A DNA stretch of 64,000 bases from Heterodontus francisci (GCF_036365525.1 NC_090418.1:14198248-14262247), one strand, 5' to 3'. Shown: positions 48,461-61,819, counted from the stretch's first letter. Made by a program: numbers and translations. The notes: a model not told the origin generated them from the letters alone.

Positions 48461-51400
48461 TCATCGTATTAACTTGGCCACCTTTCTGAGAGGATATTTC
48501 CCTCCACTCCTCAACTCCTGCCTGAATTTCCATTTACACGCCTTCATTCCATTCATTGCCTATGGAGAAACAACCAATCTCAGTTTTGAAATTTTCGATT
48601 CACCTTGTCTAACTGGGTTTTTAGGGGGAAAATTTCCAGATTTACACTTCTCATTGTCTGAAACAGATCTAATAATGACCCAAAAGCAGACAATATAGAG
48701 AGCTTTACAGGGCATTGGTTAGACCACATGAGGAGTACTGTGTACAATATTGGTCTCCTTATTTAATGAAGCATTTAATGCGTTGGTAACAGATCAGTGG
48801 TTGACCAGACCAATACCCAGAATGGGCAGTTGTCTTCCGAGGAAAGTTTGGATAGGCTAGACTTGTATCCGCTGGAGTTTAGAATAGTAGGAGGCGACTT
48901 GATTGAAACATAACATGATTAAAAATATGGGGTTGCCAATTTAAAAATATGAGAAGATTTATTTTCTCTCAGACGGTCATGCGTCTTTGTAACTCTTTTA
49001 TCCAAAGGCAGTAGACGCATAGTATTTGAATATTTTAAGGGCAGAGGTAGATAGATTCGTGATAAGCAAGGTGGCGAATGGTTATTGGGGGCATGCGGGA
49101 ATATGGAGTTGAGGTTGTAATCAGATTAGACATGAGGAGAAATATAAAATTGTCAGAACAAGCAGCAAACCTGAGGATTGGGAGCAGTTTGGAATTCAGC
49201 AAAGGAGGACAAAGGGATTGATTAAGAAGGGGAAAATAGAGTATGAGAGTAAGCTTGCAGAGAACATAAAAACTGACTGTAAAAAGCTTCTCCAGATATG
49301 TGAAGAGAAAAAGATTAGTTAAGACAAAAGACAGTCAGAAACGGGGGAATTTATAATGGGAAACAAAGAAATGGTAGACCAATTAAACACATAATTTGGT
49401 TCCATCTTCACAAAGTAGGACACAAATTACCTCCCAGAAATGTTGGGGAACATGGGCTGTAGTGAGAAGGAGGAACTGTATGAAATCAATATTAGTAAGG
49501 AAATGGTGTTTGGGAAATTGACAGGATTAAAGGCCAGTAAATCCCCAGGGCCTGATAATCTACATCCCAGAGTAATTTCTGAAGTGGCCCAAGAAGTAGT
49601 AGATGCATTGACGGTCATTTTTCAAAATTCTATGGACTATGGAGAGTTCCAACTGATTGGAGAGTAGCTAATATAACACTACTATTTAAAAAGGAGGTGG
49701 AGAGAAAACAAGAAGTTATAGACCGGTTACCCTGATATCAATAATAGGAAAAATGCTGGAGTCCATTATAAAAGATGTAATGCCAAAGTACTTGGAAAAC
49801 AGTGACAAAATCAACATGGATTTACAAAAGGGAAATCATGCTTGACAAATATACTGGAATTTTTGAGGATATAACTAGTTTAATAGATAAGGGAGTGGAT
49901 GTGGTTTATTTGGACTTTCAGAAGGTTTTCGATAACGTGACACATGAGAGATAAAAGTGCAAAATTAAAGCACATGGGGGTTGGGGGTAAAGTACTGACA
50001 TGGATAGAGAACTGGCTGGGTGACAGGAAACAAAGAGTAGGGGTAAACGTGTCTTTTTCCAAGTGGCAGGTAGTGACTAGTGTGATACCGCAGGGATCAG
50101 AGCTAGGAATCCAGCTAGTCACAATATATATTAATGATGTAGAAGAGGGAATTAAATGTAATATATCCAAGTTTTCTGATGACACAAATAGGGGTGGGAG
50201 AGTGAAATGTCAGGAGGATGCAGAGAAGCTCCACTGTGATTTGGACAGGTTGAGTGAGTGGCCAAACCATGTCAGATGCAGTACAATGTGGATAAATGTG
50301 AGGTTATCCACTTTGGAGGCAAAAACTGGATTATTATCTGAACGGTGATAGATTGGGAAAGGGGGAGGTGCAGCGAGACCTGGGTGTCCTTGTACACCAG
50401 TTGCTGTAAGTAAGCATGCAGGTGCATCAGGCAGTTAAGAAGGCAAATGGTATGTTGGCATTTATAGCGAGAGGGTTCAAGTATAGAAGCAGGGATGTCT
50501 TGCTGCAGTTATACAAGGCCCTGTGGAGACCACACCTTGAGTATTGTGCGTAGTTTTGGTCTCCTTATCTGACGAAGGATTCTCTTGCTATGGAGGGAGT
50601 GCAGCGAAGGTTCACCAGACCGATTCCTGGGATCGCAGGACTGATGTATGAAGAGAGATTGGGTCGATTAGGCTTGTATTCGCTAGAGTTTAGAGGAATG
50701 AGATAGGATCTCATAAAAACCTACAACATTCTAACAGGACTGGACGGATGCAGGAAGGATGTTCCGAATGGCGAGGGAGTCCAGGACCAGGGATCACAGT
50801 CTGGATAAAAGGTAAACCATTTAGGGTTGAGATGAGGAGAGATTTCTTCACCCAGAGACTGGTGAACCGGTGGAATTCTCCACCACGGAAAGCAGTTGAG
50901 GCTAAATCGTTAAATATTTTCAAGAAAGAGTTGATATAGTTCCTAGGGTTAAAGGGATCAAGCGATACGGGACTAAAGTGGGAAAGGTGTACTGAGTTTG
51001 GATGATCAGCCATGATTGTATTGAGTGGTGGAGCAGACTCGAAGGGCCAAATGGCCTACTCCTGCTTCTATTTTTCTATTTTTCTATGTTTCTATGTTTC
51101 TATGCTTCTATCCATTAAATGGTTGAGCAGGTGTGAGGAGCCAAGTGGCTTACTCCTGCTCCAATTTGTATGTTCGAATGTATGCACGCAATAATCATTG
51201 AGTTGATATGAAGGAAAGTGTTTTCACATCCATCGAAAACAAGCCATCATCGAATATACACGTAGAAAAAGATAGAATGATGTTAACAGGAAAAGAGAAA
51301 AAGAAACACTGAAAGAAACACAGAAAGAAAGAAAGAAAAAAGTAATAAATAAATAAAGACAAAATGAATAAAAGAAAGGAAGGATTCATATCTATAGATA

Positions 51401-51688
51401 CTAACCACAAACTGCAATCATCCAAAAGAACTTTACAGCGAGTGAAGTTCCTTTCACATGTATTCACTGCTATGATTTTGAATTGTAGTCACTGTTGAAA
51501 TGTAGGAAGGTATTACAGTAAATATCTGGAAGTAAGGACTAAGATTTCGCATACTGTTAAACTCCAGTACCAGCCCCCGGTAGTAACTTACCAGGGACAC
51601 CAATCACAGCCAAGATGGGGCAGTAAATCCTTTCGATATCATAAAGCGCCCAAAGAATCTTAAGCTTCATCAGAAAACCAAGAGACAC
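48461..51688 (-). pseudogene. GPR139-like GPCR copy 3, pseudogene (exon 1 51592-51688 kept; only the last ~70 nt of exon 2 kept)
   Basis: Exon 1 KLKILWALYDIERIYCPILAVIGVP G|GTAAGT; 48461-48529 reads KFRQELRSGGKYPLRKVAKLIR*, then jumps to intron-homologous sequence. Confidence 0.88.
48695..51180 (+). mobile_element. Nested decayed CR1 copies in the copy-3 intron (inner element ~49135-51105)
   Basis: KSPGPDNLHPRV, PQGSELG, KFSDDT, RRDFFTQR; (TTTCTATG)n tail at ~51085-51104. Confidence 0.85.
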
Positions 51689-52385
51689 TATTTTCCCTTT
51701 TGGTATGAATCGATGATTGTTGTTGTTGATGCTGGGAAGAAATTCTCTGATTGATACATTGAGAGGATCCCCATTCTTTATAGGAGTAAACAAAATCAAT
51801 TAGTTAAGATAATTGGGTCCCATGCTGCCTGGGCTTACTTACAGTCATTGAACAAACAGATGAAATCAACAGCATTCACTCCAAGATTTTTTAACAAAAA
51901 CAGCAACATTTCCAAATACATATTGCCCTGAAGACCAGGTTAAAGCTACACCTTCATACACTCTTGCACGTCCCACAATCCTAAGAAGTATTTTCACAGA
52001 TTTATTTTTTTCAAAAACAAAGTAAGTGACATTGGGTTAGCCCAGTTTCATCAAAAAAAGGCCGAACAAACGTGCTCCTATTCGAGAGGAAGACCAATAA
52101 AAAACTGAAGCAAAGAAGCTATAGAAGGGAATTTTAAGATGTTAAAAAACATTATTTCCAGTTTCTATCAAGCCCTCTGTACTTGCGGTGCAATTGGCAA
52201 AGGTGCTGCCTGGTTTGCTGATTGTTTCCAGCATTTTGTGCTTATATTTCATCTTGCAGCATCCACAATATTGCTTTTGTTTGAATAATTTTAAAATACA
52301 GCCTTAACATTAATTTTTGGCTCCATGGTGAATAAAACGAATTCCAGTTGATGATACTCGTCAGAGTATGTACGTTATACAGTCG

Positions 52386-52470
52386 GGAAGGAAGGAAGGG
52401 AGGGAGGAAAGGAGGAAGGAAGGAAGGAAGGAAGGAATGAAGGAATGAAGGAAGGAAGGAAGGGAGGGAA
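52386..52470 (+). repeat. (GGAA)n microsatellite
   Basis: Direct reading; much shorter at paralogous sites ~6093 and ~16328. Confidence 0.9.
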
Positions 52471-52704
52471 TCTCATCACTGTTTTAATGCGGGCAATATT
52501 GTAATAATCGATAGTCAAAATTTAGAGCAAAGTCCTGGAGACGGTTGATGAGTGATTCTTCTGTATTTTAATCAAAAGGTTAACATTCCTGCTTAACTAA
52601 CAGGAAGACAGATTTGAAACCATAACATCAAATGTTTGCACGTTATCACCACACTGCCAAATTTTAAAGTTTTATCATGGTGATTATCTCAACAAGGGTT
52701 TAAT

Positions 52705-55700
52705 TGGAGAGGCGGTGGTGTAGTGATACTGTCATTGGACTAGTAACCCAGAGACCCAGGGTATTGCTCTGGGGATATGTGTTCAAATCCCAACACAGCA
52801 AAAGGTGGAATTTGAATTCAATTAATAGCTCTGGAATTAAAAAATCTAGTCTAATGATGGCCATGAAACCATTGTCAATTGTTGTAAAAACCCACCTGGC
52901 TCACTAAAGTCCTTTAGGGAAGAAAATCTGCTGTCCTTAGCTGGTCTGGCCTACATGTGAGTCCAGACCCACAGCAATGTGGTTGACTCTTACATGCCCT
53001 CTGAAGTGGCCGAGCAAGCCACTCAGTTGTATCGAACCACAACAAAGTCAATAAAAAGGAATGAAACTGGTTGGAACACCCGGTGTCGACCTAGCAGGGG
53101 CAGGCATTCAGTGCAGGAATCCCCTGTGGCTGTCCCCCTCTCTGCCAAGTATGCAATTTTGGATACTGCTTGGCAGGACGGCCTATCAGGGGAAAACAAC
53201 AGCAGCAGCCAGAGCAGTGGCACCACGGCTGGCTCTGTTGTTCAACAGGGAGGGACAAAGCACAGAAGAGCAATAGTTATAGGGGGCTCTAAAGTCAGGG
53301 TCGCAGAAGGGCGCTTCAGAGTGAAAGAGACTCCAGGATGGTATGGTGCCTCCCTGGCGGCTGGGTCAAGGATGTCTCTGAATGGGCAGGGGGCATTCTG
53401 AAGGGGGAGTGCGAACAGTACATATTAGTACCAATGACATAGGCAGAAAGAGTGACGAGGTCCTGCAGGTGGAGTTCAGGGAATTAGGTAGTAAGTTAAA
53501 AACAACAGGACCTCTAGGGATGTAATCTCGGGATTGCTCCCTATGCCACGTGCCAGTGAGGCTAGAAATAGGAAGATAGTGCATCTAAACACGTGGTTAA
53601 ACAGCTGGTGTAGGAGGGAGGGTTTCAGATATCTGGATCATTGGGATCTATTCCGGGATAGGTGGGACCTATACAAGAAGGACGGGTTGCATCGAAACTG
53701 GAGGGGCACAAATATCCTGGCTGCGAGGTTTGCCAGTGTAACTCGGGAGGGTTTAAACTAGTATGGCAGGAGGATGGGAACCAGAGTGGTAGGTCAGCAG
53801 GTGAAATAACTGAGGGGGAACTAGTGAATAAGGCTAGTAAGACTGACAGAAATAGCAGGCAGAGAGATGTTGCAGAGCACAGCGGGACTGGTGGTCTGAA
53901 GTGCATTTGTTTCAATGCGAGAAGTATAACAGGTAAGGCAGATGAACTTATAGCTTGGAGTAGTACTTGGAACTATGATATTGTTGCTATTACCGACACT
54001 TGGTTGATGGAAGGACAGGATTTACATCTAAACCTTCCAGGATTTGGAAGCTTCAGGCGGGAGAGAGGGGGATGTAAAAGGGGTGGGGAGTTGCGTTACT
54101 GGTTAAGGAGAATATCGCAGCTGGACTGCAGGAGGACACCTCGGAGGGCTCATGCAGCAAGGCAATATGGGTTGAGCTCAGGAATAGGAAGGGGGTTGTT
54201 ACTACAGGCCTCCCAACAGCCGGCGGGAGATAGAGGAGCAGACAGATTTTGGAAAGCTGTAAAACCAACAGGGTTGTTGTGGTGGGTGATTTTAAAGTCC
54301 CCTATATTGACTGGGACTCACTTCGTGCGAGGGGCTTGAATGGGGCAGAATTTGTAAAGAGCATTCAGGAGGGCTTCTTGAAACAATATGTAGATAGTCC
54401 AACTAGGGATGGGGCCGTACTGGACCTGGCATTGGGGAATGAGCCCGGCCAGGTGGTCGAAGTTTCAGTAGGGGTGCATTTCGGGAACAGTGACCATAAT
54501 TTCGTAAGTTTTAAGGTACTTGTGGATAAGGATAAGAGTAGTCCTCGGGTGAAGGTGCTAAATTGGGAGAAGGCTAATTATAACAATATAGGCAGGAACT
54601 GAAGAATTTAAATTGGGGGCGGCTGTTTGACGGTAAATCAACATCTGACATGTGGGAGTCTTTCAAACGTCAGTTGATTAGAATCCAGGACCAGCATGTT
54701 CCTGTGAAGATGAAGGATAAGTTTGGCAAGTTTCTTGGAAGCTTGGATAACGAGGGATATTGTGAGCCTAGTCAAAAAGAAAAAGGAAGCATTCGTAAGG
54801 GCCAGAAGGCTGGGATCAGATGATGCCCTTGAGGAATATAAAGATAGTAGGAAGCAACTTAAGCAAAGAGTCAGGAGGCCTAAAAGGGGTTATGAAAAGT
54901 CATTGGCAAACTGGATTCAGGAGAATCCCAAAGCTTTTTATACGTATATAAAGAGCAAAAGTGTAGTCAGGAAAAAGGTTGGCCCACTCAAGAGCAGAGG
55001 AGGGAATCTATGCGTGGAGCCAGAGGAAATGGACGAGGTACTAAATGAGTCCTTTGCATCACTATTCACCAAAGAGAAGGACTTTGTGAATGATGAGTCT
55101 AGGGAAGGGAGTGTAGCTAGTCTGGGTCATGTCGTTATCAAAAAGGAGGAGGTGTTGGGCGTCTTGCAAAGCATTATGGCAGATAAGTCCTCAGAACCTG
55201 ATGGCAAATGCTCCAGAATATTGAGGAAGGAAAAGGAGGCAATTGCTGGGGCCATGACAGAAATCTTTGTATCCTCATTGGCTACAGGTGAGGTCCCAGA
55301 GGTCTGGAGAATAACCAATGTTGTTCCTTTGTTTAGGAAGGATAACAAGGATAATCCAGGAAATTACAGGCCGACGAGCCTTACGTCAGAGGTAGGGAAA
55401 TTATTGGAGAGGATTCTTAGGGACAGGATTTACTCCCATTTGGAAACAAATGGACTTTTGAGCGAGAGGCAGCATGTTTTTGTGAAGGGGAGGTCGTGTC
55501 TCACCAGCTTGATTGAGTTTTTTGAGGAAGTGACGAAGATGATTGATGAAGCAAGGGCAATTAATGTTGCCTACATGGACTTCTTAAAGCCTTTGACATG
55601 GTCCCTCATGGCAGACTGGTATAAAAGGTGAAGTCACACGGGGTCAGAAGTGAGCTGGCAAGATGGATACAGAACTGGCTCGGTCATAGAAGACAAAGAG

Positions 55701-58700
55701 TAGCAGTGGAATGGTGCGTTTTTGAATGGAGAGCTGTGATTAGTGGTGTTGCACAGGGATCAGTGCAGGGACCTTTGCCGTTTGTATTATATATAAATGA
55801 TTTGGAGGAAAATGTAGCTGGTCTGATTAGTAAGTTTGCGGACGACACAATGATTGGTGGAATTGCGGATAGTGATGAGGATTGTCAGAGGATACAGCAG
55901 CATACAGATCGGTTGTAAACTTGCGCAGAGAAATGGCAGATGAAGCATAATCCGGACAAATGTGAGGTAATGTATTTTGGAAGGTCTAATACAGGTGGGA
56001 AGTATACAGTAAATGGCGAACCCTTAGGAGTATTGACAGGGAGAGAGATCTGGGCGTACAGGTCCACAGACCACTGAAAGTGGCAACGCAGGTGGATAAG
56101 TTGGTCAAGAAGGCACACGGCATGCTTGTCTTCATCGGTCGGGGCATAGAGTATAAAAAATTGGCAAGTCATGCTGCAGCTGTACAGAACGTTATTTAGG
56201 CCACACTTGGGATATTGCATACAATTCTGATTGCCACACTAGCAGAAAGATGTGGAGGCTTCGGAGAAGGCACAGAGGAGGTTTACCAGGATGTTTCTTG
56301 GTCTGGAGGGTATTAGCTATGAGGAGAGGTTGGATAAACTCGGATTGTTTTCACTGGAACGACGGAGATGGAGGGGCGACGTGATAGAGGTTTACATATT
56401 TATGTGTGGCATGGACAGAGTGGATAGTCAGAAGCTTTTTCCCAGGGTGAAAGAGTCATTTATAAGGGAACATATGTTTAAGGTGCGAGGCGCAAAGTTT
56501 AGCGGAGATGTGCGAGTCAAGATGTTTGCACAGAGGGTGGTGAGTGCCTGGAACTTGCTGCTGGGAGAGGTTGTGGAAGCAGGTACGTTTAAGAGGGATC
56601 TTGACAAACACATGAATAGGATGGTAATGGAGGGATACGGACCCCGGAAGTGCGGAAGGATTTAGTTTAGACAGGCATCATGATTGGCGCAGGCTTGGAG
56701 GGCCGAATGGCCTGTTCCTGTGCTGTACTGTTCTTTGTAGGCACCAGAACTGACAACGGCAAACCGAACCCTGTCGACCCTACAACGTGCTCCTTACTCA
56801 CATCTGGGGGCCTCTGCCATAGATGGGAGAGCTGTCCCACAGACTAGTCAAGCAACAACCTGAAATAGTAATACTCACGAATCATACTTGAAAGACAATG
56901 TCCCAGAGACTGCCATCACCATCTTCAAATATGTCCTGTCCCACCGACAGGACAGACCCAGCAGAGATGGCAGCACGATGATATACAGTCGGGAGGGAGT
57001 TGCCCTGGGAGTCCTCAACATCGACTCTGGACCCCATGCGGTTTCATGGCATCCGATCAAACATGGACATGGAAACCTCCTGCTGATTACCACCTACCAC
57101 CCTCCCTCAGCTGATGAGTCCGTACTCCTCCATGTTGAACAGCACTTGGAGGAAGCACTGAGGGTGGCAAAGGCACAGAATTTACTCTGGGTGGGGGACT
57201 TCAATGTCCATCACCAAAAGTGGCTCGGTCGCACCACTACTGTCCGAGCTGGCCGAGTCCTAAACGTCAAATCTGCTAGAATGGGTATGCGACAGGTGGT
57301 GAGGGAACCATAAAGAGGGGAAAACATATTTGACCTCGTCCTCACCAATCTGCCTGCCGCAGATGCATCTGTCCATGACAGTATTGGTAGAAGTGACCAC
57401 CGCACAGTCCTTGTGGAGATGAAGTCCTGGCTTCACATTGAGGACACGCTCCTTCGTGTTGTGTGGTACTACCACCGTGCTAAATGAGATAGATTTCGAA
57501 CAGATCTAGCAATGCAAAACTGGGTATCCATGAGGTGCTGTGTGCCATCAGCAGCAGCAAAATTCTATTCGATCACAATCTGCAAACTCATGGCCCAGCA
57601 TATCCCCCACACTGTCATTACCAACAAGCCAGGAGACCAATCTTGGTTCAATGAAGAGTGCACGAGGGCAAGCCAGGAGTAGCACCAGGCAGACCTCAAA
57701 AATGAGGTGTCAACCTGGTGAAACTACAGAGCAGGACTATCTGCATGCCAACCCTGCGTAAGCAGCATGCGATAGACAGAGCTAATCGATCCCATAACCA
57801 ACTGATCAGATCTAAGCTCTGCAATCCTGCCATATCCAGCCGTGAATGGTGGTGGACAATTAAACACCTAACTGGAGGAGGTGGTTCCACAAATATCCCC
57901 ATCCTCAATGATGGGGGAGCCCAGCACATCAGTGCGAAAGATCAGGCTGAAGCATTTGCAACAATCTTCAGCCAGAAGTGCCGCATTGATGATCCATCTC
58001 CCCAGCTTCACAGATGCCAGACTTCAGCCAATTCGATTCAATCCACGTGATATCAAGAAATGACTGAAGGCACTGGATACTACAAAGGCTATGGGCCCTG
58101 ACAATATTCCGGCCATAGTACTGAAGAGCTGTGCTCCAGAACTACCCATGCCCCGAGCCAAGCTGTTCCAGTATAGGTATGACACTGGCATCTACCCTGC
58201 AATGTGGAAGATTGCTCTGGAATTTCCTGTGCACAAAAAGCAGGACAAGTCCAACCCAGCCAATTACCGCCCCATCAGACTACTCTCACTCATCACTAAA
58301 GTGATGGAAGGTGTCATCAACAGTGCAATAAGATGGCACTTGCTTTACCATAACCTGCTCAGTGACACTCAGTTTGGGTTCCGCCAGGGCCACGCAGCTC
58401 CTGAACTCATTTCAGCCTTGGTTCAAACATGGACAAAAGAGCTGAACTCAAGAGGTGAGATGAGAGTGACTGCCTTTGGCATCAATGCAGTATTTGACCG
58501 AATATGGCATCAAGGAACCCTAGCAAAACTGAGGTCAATGGGAATCAGGGGGAAAACCCTCCACTGGCTGGAGTCATACCTAGTGCAAAGGAAGATGTTT
58601 TTGGTTGTTGGAGGTCAATCATCTGAGCTCGAGGATATCACTGCAGGAGTTCCTCAGGGTAGTGTTCCTAGGCCCAACCATCTTCAGCTGCTTCATCAAT

Positions 58701-59603
58701 GACCTTCCTTCAACCATAAGGTCAGATGTGGGGATGTTCGCTGACTCCTCAGATACTGAAGCAATCTGTGTAGAAATGCAGCAAGATCTGGACAATATCC
58801 AGGCTTGGGATGATAAGTGGCAAGTAACATTCGCGCCACAGAAGTGCCTGGCAATGACCATCTCCAATAAGAGAGAATCTAACCATCTCCCCTTGACAGT
58901 CAATGGCATTACCATCCCTGAATCCCCCACTATCAACATCTTAGGGGCTACTATTGACCAGAAAGTGAACTGGAGTAGCCACGTAAATACTGTGGCTACA
59001 AGAGCAGGTCAGAGGCTAGGAATCCCGCGGCGAGTAACTCACCTCCTGACTCCCCAAAATCTGTTCACCATCTACAAGGCACAAGTCAGGAGTATGATGG
59101 AATACTCTCCACTTGCCTGGATGGGTGGAGCTCCAACAATACTCAAGAAGCTCGACAACATCCAGGACAAAGCAGCCCGCTTGATTGGCACCCCATCTAC
59201 AAACATTCACTCCCTCCACCACCACTGCACAATCGCAGTAATGTGTACCATCTCCAAGATGCAATGTAGCAATGCACCAAGGCTCCTTAGATAGCATCTT
59301 CCAAACCTGCGACCTCTACCAACTAGAAGGACAAGAGCAGCAAATGCATGGGAACAACACCACCTGCAAGTTTCCCTCCAAGTCACACACCATACTGACT
59401 TGGAACTATATAGCCATTCCTTCACTGTCACTGGGTCAAAATCCTGGAACTCCCTTCCTAACAACACTGTGGATGTACCTAACCCACATGGGCTCCAGCA
59501 GTTCAAGAAGGCATCTCACCACCACCTTCTTAAGGACAATTAGATATGGGTAATAAATGCTGACCTGGCCAGCAACGATCGCATCCCATGAATGGGAAAA
59601 AAA
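52705..59603 (+). mobile_element. LINE-A copy 2 (tRNA-headed CR1-group APE-RT element, ~3.25 kb net), interrupted by a CR1
   Basis: A box 52716, B box GTTCAAATCC 52781, APE (VGDFNVHH), RT (GPDNIP, YRPI, QFGFR, VPQGS, MFAD), tail + A run; absent from the paralogous site ~6345. Confidence 0.92.
53095..56737 (+). mobile_element. 5'-truncated CR1 LINE (partial ORF1 esterase + decayed ORF2)
   Basis: SPVAVPLS, WDLYKKDGLH, FNARS, GNYRP, KFADDT; tail ctgtgctgtactgttctttg; host LINE-A rejoins as gacctag/gcacc. Confidence 0.92.
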
Positions 59604-59759
59604 TAAACTAACGTTTAGAGAATTTCTAACTGGTGAAATTGTCTAGTAACAGATGTTGAATTCTGTCGCTGACTCTGTCTTCGTACTGATTGTGCCATTC
59701 TTTGTCTGTTTATTATCTTAAGCGACCAACACTATAGCCTACTCCATTCATTCTGTGCA

Positions 59760-60818
59760 TTATTTTTATTCCTGTGTGGGTGGTAAGTGTCACTAAGAGA
59801 GCCAGAATTTGTCGTCCAACCCTAAATGCCTTTGTGAAGATCGCGGTGAGCCACCTTCTTGAACTACTGCATTCTTGCTGGTATAAGTACACCCAGAGAT
59901 CTGTTAGGGTGTGAGTTCATGGTTTTTGCCCAGTGACAGTGAATGAACACCAATATAGTTCCCAGTCAGGAATGTGTGCGTCTTGCAGGAAAACTTTAAG
60001 GTGGTGGCTTCTCCATACATCTGCTGGTCTGGTCCTTCTAGCTACTGGATGTCGTAGGTTTGGAATGTGCTGTTGAGAGACGTTTGTCGAGCTCCTGAAT
60101 CATGTATATTGTACACAATAGTACGACCGTGCTCTGGTGGTGGATGGTGTGAATGTTTAAGGTGTGCCACTCAAAGGGGCTCCTTTGTCCTGGATGGTGT
60201 CAGGCATGGGAGACTATTCCACTACACTCCTTGCTTGTGTCTTGCAGATGATAGACAGGCATTGCGGTGTCAGGAGGTGAGTTACTTGCCACATTATTAG
60301 GATCCTTTGACATGCTGTTGTAGCCACAGCATTTATATGACTGGTTCAGTTACGTTTCTAGTCAGAGGTAACTCTTCAGGATGTTCATGGTGGGGAATTC
60401 AGCGGTGGGAAAGCCATTGAATGTCAAGTGGAGATGGTTAGATTCCCTTTAGTTGGGGATGGTCATTGCCTGGAACTTGTATGATGTGATTGTTAATTGC
60501 AACTTATCAGCCCAAGCCTGAAAGTTGTCCAGGTCTTACTGCACACTGCTTCAATATCTGAGGAGTTGGGAATGGTGCTGAACATTGTGCAGACATCCAC
60601 ACTTCTGATCTTATTATGGAAGTAAGGTCATTGATGAAGCAGGTGAAGATGCTTGGACAAGCATACTATCCTAAGGAACGTCTGCAGTGATGTCCTGCGA
60701 TTGAGATGATTGACCTCCAACAACCACAACAACCTTTCTTTGCATTAGGTATGACACCATGAATCCCATTGATTCCAGTTTTGCAATGGATCCTTCATGC
60801 CACACTCAGTCAAATGCT
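59760..60818 (-). mobile_element. Old LINE-A 3' portion
   Basis: Reverse complement of LINE-A RT end and tail; paralogue of 37070-41066. Confidence 0.8.
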
Positions 60819-61819
60819 GCATTCCCAATGGTATAAAGTGCATTGTATCTGTTGGATATAATCAATTTCTGTGGCTCCGCGTTCTCCAATTCACTTGGAC
60901 TGCTTTTTACTCTGTACACTGCTGGTCACACTACACCCATTCAGAACCTGGACCCCACTTAAAAGTCTCGCCGAATTCTGCAGCAAAGTGTCCATCTACT
61001 TTTGCCCCTGCCATATGTGCTCCAATGTCTTCAACTGTACAGACTTTGTTGCACGAAACGGTGGAGAAAACATTAATCACCTACCACCTCATGTTTCCAC
61101 TGCAATGATTGAAGATTAACATAGCTGCAGCTGTTTGCCCCTCTGCACCTAATTCTCACATGCACCAAATGTCCAATTTTAGCTCTCTTAACGCTGCACT
61201 CGTTTCATAAACACATTGTGTAAACCATTCTGTGTGTTACAAATGTTCTTTTCTTTATAGACCTTTATGAGTCCCACCGAAGGTGCAAATGCTTCGAATC
61301 CTGCTTCCTGCTCAGCTAAAGCTGTACTTTGTTTTCAGTTAACTGTCACTGACAGAAAGTTTCTATTAACTGTGTAGCTCATCAAGCTTGCAGATTCTTG
61401 TGACAAGTTTTAAAGCTGCAAATCAAATTCTCAATGTCAAAACTCAATATCAGTTTGAGAAAAACTTACCCAGGAACTGTCACTTGCATAAATTTCCCTA
61501 ATTCAGCACTCTGGTCACGATAAAAACTTTCCACGACCACTCTGTCAAGAGTTGTTTTCTTCGATTATCCCTTCTCCCACATTGCTTCTCACAATTGCTT
61601 TACTTCCCACACTGGGTGACAGAACCGTGACACAAACAATAGACGCATCCCTGAAACACTGTTTCTGATATAAAACTGTGTGAAATAACAACTGAGCATG
61701 TAATTCTAAAGTAGCCCGAAGAGGAATTTAATCTATCAAACCTAACTATAAACGTTAATATTGCACGAATACAAATATTCCCTGCAATCAAGGACTCTCC
61801 TGATGAAAACACAGAAACC

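Larger units (their letters stand above)
43770..60010. repeat. Segmental duplication unit 3 (more diverged, expanded by insertions)
   Basis: Colinear with units 1/2 at 44790-45690, 47547-48530, 48570-48670, 51195-52703 and 59606-60010. Confidence 0.88.

Noticed and set aside
52795-53030. LINE-A body as the DeuSINE (Deu) domain
   Set aside because: It lacks the Deu motifs I recall (GGTGCCGTCTTTCGGATGAGACG, AAAGATCCCATGGCAC), so it is left unnamed.
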